Assembly: GCA_026395815.1 (NCBI GenBank)
Contig: JAPLXZ010000012.1
Location: 487-64,486 of the forward strand
From: Candidatus Pacearchaeota archaeon
GTDB lineage: Archaea > Nanobdellota > Nanobdellia > Pacearchaeales > GW2011-AR1
Length of the DNA: 64,000 bases
Direction of reading: 5' to 3'
Part shown: piece by piece, positions 9,900 through 20,323 of the stretch
How positions within the stretch are numbered: the first letter of the stretch is position 1
Layout of the letters: every line of letters starts with the position of its first letter
The notes under the pieces: model-generated
The model's database searches: none
Told to the model about the DNA's origin: nothing
The model's input: only the letters and a program-made list of their open reading frames with translations
Made by a program: the position numbers and the translations under genes

Positions 9900-10247
9900 T
9901 TAAATCCTTTTTAAACTTTCTAAATCCTTTTTTCTTACAAATTCTAACGGTTGAAACATTTTTGCTTGTTTTGACAAAATTTCTAAATCTTCTTTCTTAG
10001 CAAATTTAGTAAACTCATTAGACGCGCTTTCTAAAAAAGAAGTCAGCCTTTCCACATTTTGTTTTATTGTTTCAATATCTTTTTTTACTTCTAGCATTTT
10101 TTCATTTGTTTTTTCTTTGATGTCTATCAAGTTTTGTCCAATCAAAAGAAGCCTATCTTTCAAAACTCTTTGTTTTTCTTCCAAATCTCTTATTCTTGCG
10201 TTTAAATCCCCAAAAAATTGACTAGCATCATCCACTTCTTCAGCCAT
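9900..10247 (-). CDS. Hypothetical coiled-coil protein
   Basis: 115-aa helical ORF, co-oriented with 9115..9885 and divergent from the pilus ATPase. Confidence 0.7.
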   Translation of the reverse strand: MAEEVDDASQFFGDLNARIRDLEEKQRVLKDRLLLIGQNLIDIKEKTNEKMLEVKKDIETIKQNVERLTSFLESASNEFTKFAKKEDLEILSKQAKMFQPLEFVRKKDLESLKRI

Positions 10248-10403
10248 AGAGCATTAATGTTTGTGTGGTTTAAATTTCTTGTGTTTATCGTTATTGAAAT
10301 ACAAAAAATAAAGGGGATTATTGTTCCTTATTCTTTAAAAATTTAATAAGGATAAAATTTTTGGTATACAAAATATTTTAAACTTGACATGTTTTTTTTA
10401 TTT

Positions 10404-12689
10404 ATGCCAAATCAAGAGGAGGATAGATTATATTCTTATGAAGTTAAGAGAGAAAGCGCAGAGGATGTTCTTTATATAAATTATTTAGGGGCTTCTTATA
10501 TACCCAGTATTGCCGATTCTTCAGAAGTTATGAACAGGGCTGTTGACGCATTAATAGAAAACCCCGGCGCTTCAAGAATTGTTCTTGTTCAACAAAAAAA
10601 TTATAATTATGATTTTCAAGAAACCACCCTTTTATTAGAAATAGCTCAACTTTATGTTTATCTCTTAAAACAAGAAAAAATCCTTTCACAAAAAAAACTT
10701 ATCATAACAAATGAACAAGCTTTTTCTGAAAGATACAATGAACTTTTTTCTTTTTTACTTTTGTTGAAACAAGATCCTATTTATTCATATTTTGAACTAA
10801 AAAAAATATTGATTCAATCAAAAATTCTACTGGAAAGAATGAATATACAAGAAAGAATAGATCAAGAAAATTATGTGCGTCTTTTAGAAAAAATCTTTAA
10901 AATGCTGGAAGAAACAAAAATAATACAGATTGCAATTCCTTATTTTGAAAATTATAATCATGGTGATAGAGAGATATATAACAAAATAATCAAGGCAGAT
11001 GTAATTCCTAACTTTACTTTTACTAGGCTTGTTTCTGACATTCCGGAAGATGCAGAAATAATTGACCAATATGAAGTTGGAGAAGATTATGATATTTCCA
11101 TAGTAACTATTTTGAAAATGAAGAATGAATCAAAATTAATTTATCATCTAAACCCCCCAGAAAATTCTTTAGATGAAGAACACAATATGCTTCTTAATTT
11201 AGCAAGAGGAGTATTAATAGAACATGAACCAAAAGCAGAAGAATTTACAGATGTAGATAGGATAAGGCAGGTATTCTTTAATATCTCCAAAGATTTATTA
11301 CAAGACCTTGCCCAAGCTAAATGGATAAAACTGAATTATTCCAATCTGAATAAACTTGCAACTATTCTCGTAAGACATACAATTGGCTTTGGGCTTGTGG
11401 AAGTTTTGCTTCAAGATAAAAATCTTCAAGATATTTTTTTGAATGCTCCTATTCCAATGACAAATATTTTTGTCAGACATCAAAATTATGATGAATGCTC
11501 TACAAATATTCTTCCGAGTCAATCAGATATTGATTCGTGGGCAGCAAAATTCAGAATGATTTCTGGAAGGCCTTTAGATGAAGCAAATCCCATTTTAGAT
11601 ACCCAACTTGAAGTAGGAAAAATAAGAGCGAGAATTGCAGTAATACAAAGACCATTGTCTCCAGATGGATTGGCTTATGCAATCAGAAGGCATAGAGAGG
11701 AACCATGGACTTTGCCTCTTTTTATAAAAAATAAAATGATTAACCCATTCACTGCAGGATTATTGAGTTTCTTAATTGACGGTTCAAGAACCTTGTTAGT
11801 CGCAGGAACAAGAAGCTCTGGAAAAACTTCTTTACTCGGAAGCCTGATGCTGGAGATAATTCCCAAGTATAGAGTTATTGTAATTGAAGATTCTTTGGAA
11901 TTGCCTGTTGAATCCTTGAGAAAATTAAATTATGATATATTGAGGATGAAAGTGCGTTCTGCTTTATTGAAAACAACAACAGAAGTTTCTGCTGATGACG
12001 GTATAAGAACAAGCCTGAGATTAGGAGACAGTTGTTTAATTATTGGAGAAGTCAGGAGTGTTGAAGCAAAAGCATTATACGAAGCAATGAGAATTGGAGC
12101 CTTAGCAAATGTTGTTGCAGGCACAATTCATGGAGCTTCTCCATACGGTGTTTTTGATAGAGTTGTTAATGATTTAGAAGTTCCTGCTACAAGCTTTAAA
12201 GCAACAGACATAATTGCAGTTTGCAATCCCATAAAATCATCAGATGGTTTGCATTCTTGGAGAAGACTTGTCCAACTTTCAGAAGTAAGAAAACATTGGA
12301 AGGAAGATCCCCTTATTGAAAAGGGGTTTGTAGATTTGCTTAAGTATAATATAGAAAAAGATGAATTGGAGCCAAGTGATGACTTAGTTAACGGAGACAG
12401 TGAAATTATCAAAGATATTGCAGCGAATGTTCGAGGATGGGCTGGAAATTGGGATGCAGTTTATGATAATATTCTTTTAAGGGCAAGAATAAAAAAAGAA
12501 ATCGTAGACGTTGCAAAAAAGACTGGAAACTCAAGGATTTTAGAATCAGAATTTAACACCCTTTCAAATCATTTTTTTCATGAAATTTCTGACAAAGTAA
12601 GAGAAGAGATTGGACTTCCACTTGGAGATGTGGTTTTTCCAAAATGGCAAAAGTGGTTAAATGAACGATTAAAGAAAAGAGTAATCTAA
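10404..12689 (+). CDS. Type II/IV secretion / type IV pilus assembly ATPase (VirB11/PilB/FlaI family)
   Basis: Walker A GTRSSGKTS, IEDSLEL, Walker B LIIGEVR, GTIHG; TTTTAAA about 28 nt upstream of ATG 10404. Confidence 0.92.
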   Translation: MPNQEEDRLYSYEVKRESAEDVLYINYLGASYIPSIADSSEVMNRAVDALIENPGASRIVLVQQKNYNYDFQETTLLLEIAQLYVYLLKQEKILSQKKLIITNEQAFSERYNELFSFLLLLKQDPIYSYFELKKILIQSKILLERMNIQERIDQENYVRLLEKIFKMLEETKIIQIAIPYFENYNHGDREIYNKIIKADVIPNFTFTRLVSDIPEDAEIIDQYEVGEDYDISIVTILKMKNESKLIYHLNPPENSLDEEHNMLLNLARGVLIEHEPKAEEFTDVDRIRQVFFNISKDLLQDLAQAKWIKLNYSNLNKLATILVRHTIGFGLVEVLLQDKNLQDIFLNAPIPMTNIFVRHQNYDECSTNILPSQSDIDSWAAKFRMISGRPLDEANPILDTQLEVGKIRARIAVIQRPLSPDGLAYAIRRHREEPWTLPLFIKNKMINPFTAGLLSFLIDGSRTLLVAGTRSSGKTSLLGSLMLEIIPKYRVIVIEDSLELPVESLRKLNYDILRMKVRSALLKTTTEVSADDGIRTSLRLGDSCLIIGEVRSVEAKALYEAMRIGALANVVAGTIHGASPYGVFDRVVNDLEVPATSFKATDIIAVCNPIKSSDGLHSWRRLVQLSEVRKHWKEDPLIEKGFVDLLKYNIEKDELEPSDDLVNGDSEIIKDIAANVRGWAGNWDAVYDNILLRARIKKEIVDVAKKTGNSRILESEFNTLSNHFFHEISDKVREEIGLPLGDVVFPKWQKWLNERLKKRVI

Positions 12690-12755
12690 AAATATTTTTT
12701 AATTCTTTTATTGATAACATTTATTAATCCTTTTTGATTAATAAAGAAGATTAAA

Positions 12756-13067
12756 ATGGGTGATTGGATTTCATTAGCTTGGCAAATTGAACTTATTGCT
12801 GCAGGAGTTTTAGTCTATGGACTTATAATTTTCTTAAAGGCACTTATAAAGTTGGATAAAGAATTTAGAATGGCTTTATTATTTATTTTAGGCTCTTTAA
12901 TAATCAATGTCGGATTAGGAATTCTTATAGGAGTTTTCATTTCTATGAAAATTGGTACCGATACTCTTGTTAGCTTTTGGATAATTCAACCGATTGTTGC
13001 ATTATTAGCAGCATTTCTGTTGGTTGTTGGAGCAAGGAAATTTATTTTAGCTCTGCAAAAACAGTAA
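12756..13067 (+). CDS. Small three-TM membrane protein
   Basis: Three hydrophobic segments; architecture resembles the N-terminus of 55059..55586. Confidence 0.65.
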   Translation: MGDWISLAWQIELIAAGVLVYGLIIFLKALIKLDKEFRMALLFILGSLIINVGLGILIGVFISMKIGTDTLVSFWIIQPIVALLAAFLLVVGARKFILALQKQ

Positions 13068-13219
13068 TGATAAAATAAAATAATCATAATGTTTTTATTC
13101 AAAAAATTTGAAAAGTATATTATTTTTTGATTATTCTAAACATTTATTAATTGTATTTTCTTTCTGTAAGAATTAATAACCCTAAAAAAAATGCAGAGTG
13201 TTTTGAATAAAAGAGGAAA

Positions 13220-15385
13220 ATGCCAGAATATAGAAAACCAAATGTAGACGAAATTTTAAAAGAACATAGCGCGAGAATAGAAAATACAATTAAAACTGCA
13301 AATATAGAAGATTTTAATTACAGCCAAGATTACGTGAATTTTAAGGAAGAAATGGCTCCCGAACTTTCAAGATATGAAAGATGGTGCAACAGCCTTGGAA
13401 GTGCAATAAGACTAAATATTTCTCAAAAAGAAGAAGAAAAAATCAGGAAAAATTTGGAAATTGCTCATCTTGATTTAGAACCCTGGCAACCTTTAACATT
13501 AAGTATTATGACTTTTATCATTGTGTTTATAGTAGGGCTTTTGATGTCTGTTTCAATCGCTCTTGTCAAAGGAGGAATTGAAAATTTTCCAATTTTCTTC
13601 TTTCTGTTGATTGTTATATTTGCATTGTTTTTATTTTATTTTGTTAATGGATACTCTGCGAGATTGGCCAATAAATGGCGTTTGAAGGCAAGCTCCCAGA
13701 TGGTTCCTGCTATTTTATACATCGTCATTTACATGAGACATACGCCAAACTTAGAAAAAGCAGTTGCTTTTGCTTCTCAACATTTGCAATACCCTCTTGC
13801 TCTTGATTTTAAAAAAGTTTTTTATAATGTTGAAATAGGAAAATTTTCTACGATAAAAGAAAGTTTGGACAATTATCTAGAAAATTGGAGAGATTATTCT
13901 ACAGAATTTATTGAGGCTTTTCATTTAATTGAAAGCACCTTATTTGAACCAGATGACACAGCAAGAACCTTTACTTTAGAGAAAGCACTGCAAGTTGTTT
14001 TGGATGGAGTCTATGATAAAATGCTTAAATTCACCCATGAAGTGAGAAGCCCTTTAACTAATGTTTATATGTTAGGAGTTGTTTTGCCAACATTGGGCTT
14101 GGCTTTATTGCCTCTTGCTTCTACAATGATTGGTGATATGTTAAAATGGTATCATGTTTTTATTCTTTTCAATTTGATTGTTCCATTCTTTGTTTTCTAT
14201 TTAACAGACCAGATTATGTTCCTGAGGCCAGGAGGTTATGGCGAAACAGAATTATTGGAAAGAAATCCTCTTTATCCTGAATATAAAGACAAGAAGCCAT
14301 ATTTTACTGCATTTTTTATTTGTCTTCCTCTTTTCATAATCGGATTATTGCCATTAATCTTTCAGTATACTGCAATTCCTGAATTTTTAGGCTTGGAAAA
14401 AGATTATAGTTTTTCTCAATTAGGTTTAGGAATTCTCGGAAACGACATGTTTTTTGATTTCAGAGAAGTTGGAGGAAAAACAGTCGGTCCATTTGGAATT
14501 GGTGCATTAATCTTAGGAATATTCTTTTCCTTAGGAATTGCTTTATTCTTTTCAATTGCATTCAAGAAAAAAACAAAAAATTTAATAAAAGAGAGAGAAA
14601 ATACAAAACAGCTTGAGCTTGAGTTTAATAATTCTTTATTTCAATTAGGAAACAGAATCGGAAATGGCACTCCTCCTGAACTTGCTTTTGGGAAAGTTGC
14701 AGAATCTTCTAAAGGTTTGAAAACAGAAGATTTCTTTAGAAGAGTTAATTATAATGTTATGCAGATGGGATTGAGTGTTGAAAGCGCAATATTTGACGAC
14801 AAAAGAGGAGCGTTAGTATACTATCCTTCTGATTTGATTGCAACAAGCATGAGAGTACTTGTTGAATCTTCAAAAAAAGGATTATCAATTGCTGCTTCTA
14901 GTTTAATGAGCATTTCAGAATACGTAAAAAACATTCATAAAATAACCAATAGACTTCGTGATATGCTTGCAGAAATTGTTTCAGATATGAAAAGCAATAT
15001 GACTTTCCTTGCCCCTCTTCTTGCAGGAATTGTTATTGGATTAGCTGCAATGATAACCAGCATTTTAAGCAGATTGAATTTCATACAATTGGGAGAAGTT
15101 GGCTCGATGTTCATTAATATAGACAGTATAATGAATATGTTTAATTTAACTAAGATGATTCCGCCTTATTTATTACAAATAAGCGTTGGTATATATTTAA
15201 TTGAGATTATCTTTATTTTGTCAGATACTCTTGTTACAATTGATTCTGGAGAAGATAAATTAGAGACAACTCATAAAACAGGAATTAATTTAAAAAGAGG
15301 AATTATGCTTTATGTTTTAACTGCAGTAGTATCAATTGTTTCTTTGTTTGTCTTGGTAGCAATTGTTTTAGGAAATTTGATATAG
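13220..15385 (+). CDS. TadC/PilC/FlaJ-like pilus membrane platform protein
   Basis: Two T2SSF-like cytoplasmic domains alternating with TM bundles; next to the ATPase. Confidence 0.8.
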   Translation: MPEYRKPNVDEILKEHSARIENTIKTANIEDFNYSQDYVNFKEEMAPELSRYERWCNSLGSAIRLNISQKEEEKIRKNLEIAHLDLEPWQPLTLSIMTFIIVFIVGLLMSVSIALVKGGIENFPIFFFLLIVIFALFLFYFVNGYSARLANKWRLKASSQMVPAILYIVIYMRHTPNLEKAVAFASQHLQYPLALDFKKVFYNVEIGKFSTIKESLDNYLENWRDYSTEFIEAFHLIESTLFEPDDTARTFTLEKALQVVLDGVYDKMLKFTHEVRSPLTNVYMLGVVLPTLGLALLPLASTMIGDMLKWYHVFILFNLIVPFFVFYLTDQIMFLRPGGYGETELLERNPLYPEYKDKKPYFTAFFICLPLFIIGLLPLIFQYTAIPEFLGLEKDYSFSQLGLGILGNDMFFDFREVGGKTVGPFGIGALILGIFFSLGIALFFSIAFKKKTKNLIKERENTKQLELEFNNSLFQLGNRIGNGTPPELAFGKVAESSKGLKTEDFFRRVNYNVMQMGLSVESAIFDDKRGALVYYPSDLIATSMRVLVESSKKGLSIAASSLMSISEYVKNIHKITNRLRDMLAEIVSDMKSNMTFLAPLLAGIVIGLAAMITSILSRLNFIQLGEVGSMFINIDSIMNMFNLTKMIPPYLLQISVGIYLIEIIFILSDTLVTIDSGEDKLETTHKTGINLKRGIMLYVLTAVVSIVSLFVLVAIVLGNLI

Positions 15386-15393
15386 AATCTTTT

Positions 15394-16179
15394 TTACCAA
15401 CTCTCTCCAGGTATTGTTCCTTTAATCCCTATAGCTTCTAAAAGTGCTTCTTGTTCTGTTGCATCTTCGCTCAATATGACTTCCATATTTGTTCTCTTGG
15501 CATAATTGCGAATTAATTTTCCATAATCCATCTTTTGCTTAGGACTTAGATAATCAGGATCCATTACTTCTTCTATTGAAAGACTAATTAAACATGCTAT
15601 ATTGTCTTTTGTAAAGATTGGGTAGGAAAGATCCTCCCTCTTCATAAAATTCTCTTTGTCTTTTTTAGATTCAAATTCTAAAACATCAAGGCATAATTCT
15701 TTTGCATGCGAATACTCTTCTATTTTGGGCATATAGTATCTAACGAGTCCTATTTTTGAAATCTTGTTTGATTCAAGTTCTTCTCTATCTTTTCCATTTA
15801 AATCTTTTTTACTGGTTACAAGAGGATTTGTAGGAATATTTTTGTTATCATAGCTGTCATAAAGTCTTACAAGTTCTAATTCATTTCCTTGAAAAAAGTA
15901 ATTTTCTAACCCTCTTACCAAACTCTTTTGTATAACCTTTGGTTTGGATGTTGCAGGAAGATTTTCTTTTTCTACGGTTTCTGTAGATTGTGTTGCATCT
16001 CCTGTGGATCTTGAACTGAGACCTCTTGTTAAGTCTAATGCTTCTTGATAGGCATCTAAACTTTTCTCATAGGCATTTAATGCTTTATCATAAGCATCGT
16101 TTCTCTTTCCACAACTTGGAAGCAATAAACTTGCTGCAATTATCGGAATAGCAATCATGCTTCTTAATGTTTTTTTCAT
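15394..16179 (-). CDS. Putative lipoprotein
   Basis: MKK plus hydrophobic stretch plus LLLPSC lipobox-like Cys. Confidence 0.65.
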   Translation of the reverse strand: MKKTLRSMIAIPIIAASLLLPSCGKRNDAYDKALNAYEKSLDAYQEALDLTRGLSSRSTGDATQSTETVEKENLPATSKPKVIQKSLVRGLENYFFQGNELELVRLYDSYDNKNIPTNPLVTSKKDLNGKDREELESNKISKIGLVRYYMPKIEEYSHAKELCLDVLEFESKKDKENFMKREDLSYPIFTKDNIACLISLSIEEVMDPDYLSPKQKMDYGKLIRNYAKRTNMEVILSEDATEQEALLEAIGIKGTIPGESW

Positions 16180-16352
16180 AATATTTTAAGGAACCAATTC
16201 CTTATAAATCCTTCTATTTTGTTGTCACTTAATAGTTATATATATTTTAATTAAAAATCATTATTAGCTCTTATTTTATAAGAATACAAAGATAGCACGA
16301 TTTAGAGCTTTTTTAACTAAACATTTATTAATTATTATTTCTTTTTTTATCC

Positions 16353-16499
16353 ATGAAAAAAGGGGTTATTTCGGATTATCTTCCTTGGATATTAATAGCA
16401 ATTTTAGTCTTAGTCATAGTCATGGTCAGCATTTTTTTACTTAAAGATAAAGGAATCTCTTTTATAGACCAGATTAAAAATTTATTCAGGGGAAGATAA
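16353..16499 (+). CDS. Small pilin-like protein (48 aa; not in the ORF track)
   Basis: MKKG|VISDYLPWILIAILVLVIVMVSIF.. class III-like signal; stop overlaps the next ATG (TAATG). Confidence 0.7.
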   Translation: MKKGVISDYLPWILIAILVLVIVMVSIFLLKDKGISFIDQIKNLFRGR

Positions 16500-16669
16500 T
16501 GTCACAGATAACAACTGAACAATTAATAAAAATAATTTTAGGAGTTTTTGTTGTGGCTGCAGTTGGAGTAGGGTTGTATATATTTTTCAAAGATCAGATT
16601 ATTGATTTTTTCAAAAATTTGTCTATTGGAACAAAGGTTCCCGGAATATTTTTTACTCTGTTAAAATAA
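16499..16669 (+). CDS. Small pilin-like protein without basic leader (56 aa; not in the ORF track)
   Basis: MSQITTEQLIKIILGVFVVAAVGVGLYIFF..; translationally coupled to the upstream ORF. Confidence 0.65.
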   Translation: MSQITTEQLIKIILGVFVVAAVGVGLYIFFKDQIIDFFKNLSIGTKVPGIFFTLLK

Positions 16670-16692
16670 AAGTTGAAAATTGAGGAAAGAAG

Positions 16693-17178
16693 TTGAATAA
16701 AAAAGGATTTTTGCTTGGAGAAGAAACATTGAAAATTGTAGTGGCAGTGATATGCATAATCTTTCTGATTTTTCTTCTTGTATCTGTTTATTATGCTGTT
16801 ACAGGCGGACAAAAATCAAAAGAGGCAGCATCAATTTTAAATGGAGCAAATGGGCTTACAAAAGAAATAGAAAGAATAAACCTTGGAGGAACACCTAAAC
16901 CAGATGGTTTTTTTGTTCCAAATCCTGTTAGTTGGTATGTTTTCAGTTTTATTGGAGAAGATAAAAAACCAAATCTTTGCACAGGAAAAGATTGTTTGTG
17001 CATTTGTAAAAACATAATAATAAATATTTTTGATAGACAGATAAAAGACTGTGATGATAAAGGAGCATGTGCTATCGTCCAAAATTTAAAGGGGTTTAAT
17101 AAAATTGGAATAGACAGGAAAGGAATTTGGTTATCAATTGAAAAAATAAACGGAGAGATAGAAATTAAAAAAAAATGA
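16693..17178 (+). CDS. Pilin-like protein
   Basis: NKKG|FLLGEETL plus hydrophobic helix; Cys-rich head. Confidence 0.75.
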   Translation: MNKKGFLLGEETLKIVVAVICIIFLIFLLVSVYYAVTGGQKSKEAASILNGANGLTKEIERINLGGTPKPDGFFVPNPVSWYVFSFIGEDKKPNLCTGKDCLCICKNIIINIFDRQIKDCDDKGACAIVQNLKGFNKIGIDRKGIWLSIEKINGEIEIKKK

Positions 17179-17276
17179 ATCTTGATGAATTAATAAAATA
17201 TTTAATATGGATTGTTTTTTTTGCAATAGCATTGTTTGGGATATATTTCCTACTTAAAAGAATAGGGATTTTATAA
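17175..17276 (+). CDS. 33-aa single-TM micro-protein (not in the ORF track)
   Basis: MNLDELIKYLIWIVFFAIALFGIYFLLKRIGIL; ATGA overlap with the upstream stop. Confidence 0.55.
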   Translation: MNLDELIKYLIWIVFFAIALFGIYFLLKRIGIL

Positions 17277-17288
17277 AAAAGAAATTTT

Positions 17289-18188
17289 ATGAAAATGAAA
17301 AAAGAAAAAAGAGGGGAATTAACAACACAACAAATAGTAATATTGATTATTTTAATAGTAAGTTTTGTAATTATCTTGTTCCTGTTATTCAGATTGAATT
17401 TAGGCAAAACAACACAAGAAGATGTATGCCATAATTCTGTTGTTACTAGAGGAGCAGGAGTTTTGCCAGGAGAATCTATTCCCTTAAATTGCAAGACAGA
17501 ATATATCTGTTTAAGTAAAGACGGAAGTTGCGAAGGAATGACTAGTCCTCAAATAATAAAGGTTAGGACTATAAAGGAGGTTTATTCGGCTTTAGCAGAA
17601 AAAATGGCTGATTGTTGGTGGATGTTTGGAGAAGGTAAATTAAACTATGTTGGAAAAACATTCAATGAACAGTTATATTGTTCTCTTTGTTCTATAGTAT
17701 CTTTTGATAATAGTTTAGATATGTTTGATAATAGAGAGGTAAGTCAAGAAGAATTTTATAATTATCTTGCAGAAACAAAGATGTCTGAAAATGATATTAC
17801 TTATTTAGATTATTTATATGGATTGAAAAATGCACAGGCTATAAAAGAAACTTTAGATTCTGGACAAGCAAATTTTGGAAAAATAAATCTAAACAATCAG
17901 CATTTTATAGTGATGGGAATATTCAGTGATGTAGGAGTTTGGAAATGGGCTGGAATAGCAGCAGGGGCAGGAGCATTAATCGGAGTCGCTTTTGTTACAG
18001 GAGGAGCTTCAATCCCCTTCTCAGTTGCTATTGTTTCAGGGGCAGTTGGAGGAGGTGCCGGAGGATATTTTATAGGAACAGTTGTAAAAGGAGAGTCTGG
18101 GCATGATTACCTTTCCCCAACAATAATAGAAGCTAATTCTGCTGATTATAATAAGCTTAAATGTAAAGAGATTAAAACTTTGGCATAA
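17289..18188 (+). CDS. Pilin-like protein with Cys-rich head and Gly-zipper hydrophobic hairpin
   Basis: KRG|ELTTQQIVILIIL; ADCWWMFGEG; GIAAGAGALIG..GAVGGGAGG. Confidence 0.75.
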   Translation: MKMKKEKRGELTTQQIVILIILIVSFVIILFLLFRLNLGKTTQEDVCHNSVVTRGAGVLPGESIPLNCKTEYICLSKDGSCEGMTSPQIIKVRTIKEVYSALAEKMADCWWMFGEGKLNYVGKTFNEQLYCSLCSIVSFDNSLDMFDNREVSQEEFYNYLAETKMSENDITYLDYLYGLKNAQAIKETLDSGQANFGKINLNNQHFIVMGIFSDVGVWKWAGIAAGAGALIGVAFVTGGASIPFSVAIVSGAVGGGAGGYFIGTVVKGESGHDYLSPTIIEANSADYNKLKCKEIKTLA

Positions 18189-18226
18189 GTAGTTAATTTT
18201 ATTAATTCTGTTCTTTTTTTATTGAA

Positions 18227-18637
18227 ATGAATCAAAAAGAAAAGAGGTTGAATAAAAGAGGAATTATATTAATGGAAAATGTTATCTTTATTGTTTTGAA
18301 TATATTATTTATTTCAATTTTAGCCCTGTTTATATATAAACAAGGAAATGGAGCAATTGTCCTTGAACAATCTTATGCAAAAAATATCGCGCTTTTAATT
18401 GATTCTGCAAAACCAGTTAGTGAATTGCGATTGAATATGGAAGATGCAATGGATTTGGCAGAAAAGAACGGAGTTGATAGAGAACAGGTTGTTAAAATTG
18501 AGAACAATATCATTACAGTTAAGCTAAATAAAGACAGCGGATACCAGTATTCTTTTTTTAATGATGTAGATGCTACAGCCTACCCCGATATTTTTCCAAA
18601 TAAAAATTACATAATAAAAATAAATGGCTATAAATAA
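18227..18637 (+). CDS. Pilin-like protein
   Basis: NKRG|IILMENVIFIVL class III-like signal. Confidence 0.75.
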   Translation: MNQKEKRLNKRGIILMENVIFIVLNILFISILALFIYKQGNGAIVLEQSYAKNIALLIDSAKPVSELRLNMEDAMDLAEKNGVDREQVVKIENNIITVKLNKDSGYQYSFFNDVDATAYPDIFPNKNYIIKINGYK

Positions 18638-18649
18638 AATCAGGAGGAA

Positions 18650-19174
18650 ATGAAATTGAATAAAGGAGGAGATAAAATGCTTTCTGTTTATTGGTTTGCA
18701 ATCCTTATTATTGCAGCAGGGGCAGTATTCGCGATGGTTTATATTTTCTATAATTCTCCTTATGACATCAGAGAAATTGAAGCCGAACTGCTAATAAATC
18801 AGATTGCAGACTGTGTTTCTTATGCAGGAAGATTTAGGACAGATTTAGTTTATGAAGGAAAATTCAGCGAAGATTTTAAGAACAACATATTAAAAGAATG
18901 TCATTTGAATTTCAAAAGTTCAGAATGGGAAAGTGAACAATATTACGTAGAACTGAATTTTTACAAAGTGGAAGAGTTGAGCAATCCTCCATTTAAAATG
19001 AGCATGGGAAATAGCAACTGGAAGGCATATTGTGCAATACAAGAAGATAAGGAAGAAAAGAAATTAGCAAAATGTGTGGAAAAAAGCTTTTATTCTTTGG
19101 ATTATGCAGACAATCAGTATATAGTTAAAATTCTTGCATCAGTAGGCAAAGGAGAAAAAAATGTCAAGATGTAA
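18650..19174 (+). CDS. Pilin-like protein
   Basis: NKGG|DKMLSVYWFAILII plus TM; lies within the operon. Confidence 0.7.
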   Translation: MKLNKGGDKMLSVYWFAILIIAAGAVFAMVYIFYNSPYDIREIEAELLINQIADCVSYAGRFRTDLVYEGKFSEDFKNNILKECHLNFKSSEWESEQYYVELNFYKVEELSNPPFKMSMGNSNWKAYCAIQEDKEEKKLAKCVEKSFYSLDYADNQYIVKILASVGKGEKNVKM

Positions 19175-19442
19175 AAAAATTTTGCAGAATAAGAGCAAAA
19201 AAGCAGCAGTTGGAGCAACTATGAGCTGGATAATTGCAACTCTTGTAATTATCGGAATCCTGCTTATTTTTATTTATGTTTCAATTCTTCTCTCAAAGAC
19301 AAAAGCAATTAATATTGGAAATTTAAAGACTGATTCCAAGGAATATAACACATTAGAATTAAAGACTTTGTTCGCTCATCAACTTGCTAATAATAAAAAT
19401 AAAGGATTGATTGATGATGCTATAAAAGAGCAGAATAAATGA
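19161..19442 (+). CDS. Pilin-like protein
   Basis: SKKA|AVGATMSWIIATLVII. Confidence 0.7.
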   Translation: MSRCKKILQNKSKKAAVGATMSWIIATLVIIGILLIFIYVSILLSKTKAINIGNLKTDSKEYNTLELKTLFAHQLANNKNKGLIDDAIKEQNK

Positions 19443-19446
19443 TAAA

Positions 19447-19737
19447 ATGAAAATAAAAATCAACAAAAAAGGAGATATTCCAATAACAATCTTAGTGATT
19501 GGAATTATACTAATATGTTGTATAGCAATTTTTAGTTTTTCTTATTCTGTAATCAAAATGAGAAATTCTTTTGTTGGGCTTGGAGTAATGAAAGAAATGA
19601 ATTCAAAAATTGAGAAAAATGTCTTTGATGGAATAGAACCAGCAGGAATTTTTTTGGAGAAAAAAATAACAAAAGGAATTTTATGGTGGAGAAGGGAAAT
19701 AACTTTATTTTCAGTAGAATATAAGTTCAGGCCATAA
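19447..19737 (+). CDS. Pilin-like protein
   Basis: NKKG|DIPITILVIGIIL. Confidence 0.7.
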   Translation: MKIKINKKGDIPITILVIGIILICCIAIFSFSYSVIKMRNSFVGLGVMKEMNSKIEKNVFDGIEPAGIFLEKKITKGILWWRREITLFSVEYKFRP

Positions 19738-19776
19738 ACAACAAGATTTTTAAATTAAATAATCCTATTTTTTGAT

Positions 19777-20148
19777 ATGATGAATAAAAGAGGGCAGGGA
19801 TTAGAGACAGGTACAATTATTTTGATAATCTTAGGAATTCTTGTTTTAGTTGTTTTAATTTTAGGGTTTACGATAGGATGGACTACAATTCTTCCTTGGC
19901 TTTCTCCAAATAATGTTAATACAATAGTAACTCAATGTGAAGCATCATGCTCTACAGGAGACATGTATGGATATTGCGCAATGGAAAGAACATTGAAATC
20001 TCCTGATTTGCCAGGAGGAAAGAAAGAGTTTAAGGCTAATTGTAGTTATTTCTCAGACTCCGCAAATTCAGGTTATGTAAAATATGGCGTGAAAATATGT
20101 CCGAATTTGTGTCCTGCTCCTACTCCTCCTGAAGAACCCATCCCTTAA
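19777..20148 (+). CDS. Pilin-like protein (candidate major pilin)
   Basis: NKRG|QGLETGTIILIILGILVLVVL canonical class III signal; own TATA-like box upstream. Confidence 0.8.
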   Translation: MMNKRGQGLETGTIILIILGILVLVVLILGFTIGWTTILPWLSPNNVNTIVTQCEASCSTGDMYGYCAMERTLKSPDLPGGKKEFKANCSYFSDSANSGYVKYGVKICPNLCPAPTPPEEPIP

Positions 20149-20163
20149 ATAATTCTTATTTTT

Positions 20164-20295
20164 ATGAAAATGGCATGTGACTATGATTATCCTCAGAGAA
20201 GAAACAAAAGAAAAAATAAGCGAAAAGAAAAAAAGAAACATCCGTATAAAAAAGGCGGAATTCAAAGAACTTCAAAATTTTTAGGAACAAAATAA
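20164..20295 (+). CDS. Small very basic protein (43 aa; not in the ORF track)
   Basis: MKMACDYDYPQRRNKRKNKRKEKKKHPYKKGGIQRTSKFLGTK. Confidence 0.5.
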   Translation: MKMACDYDYPQRRNKRKNKRKEKKKHPYKKGGIQRTSKFLGTK

Positions 20296-20323
20296 TTTTT
20301 AAATTAACTTTCTATGTATCTTT

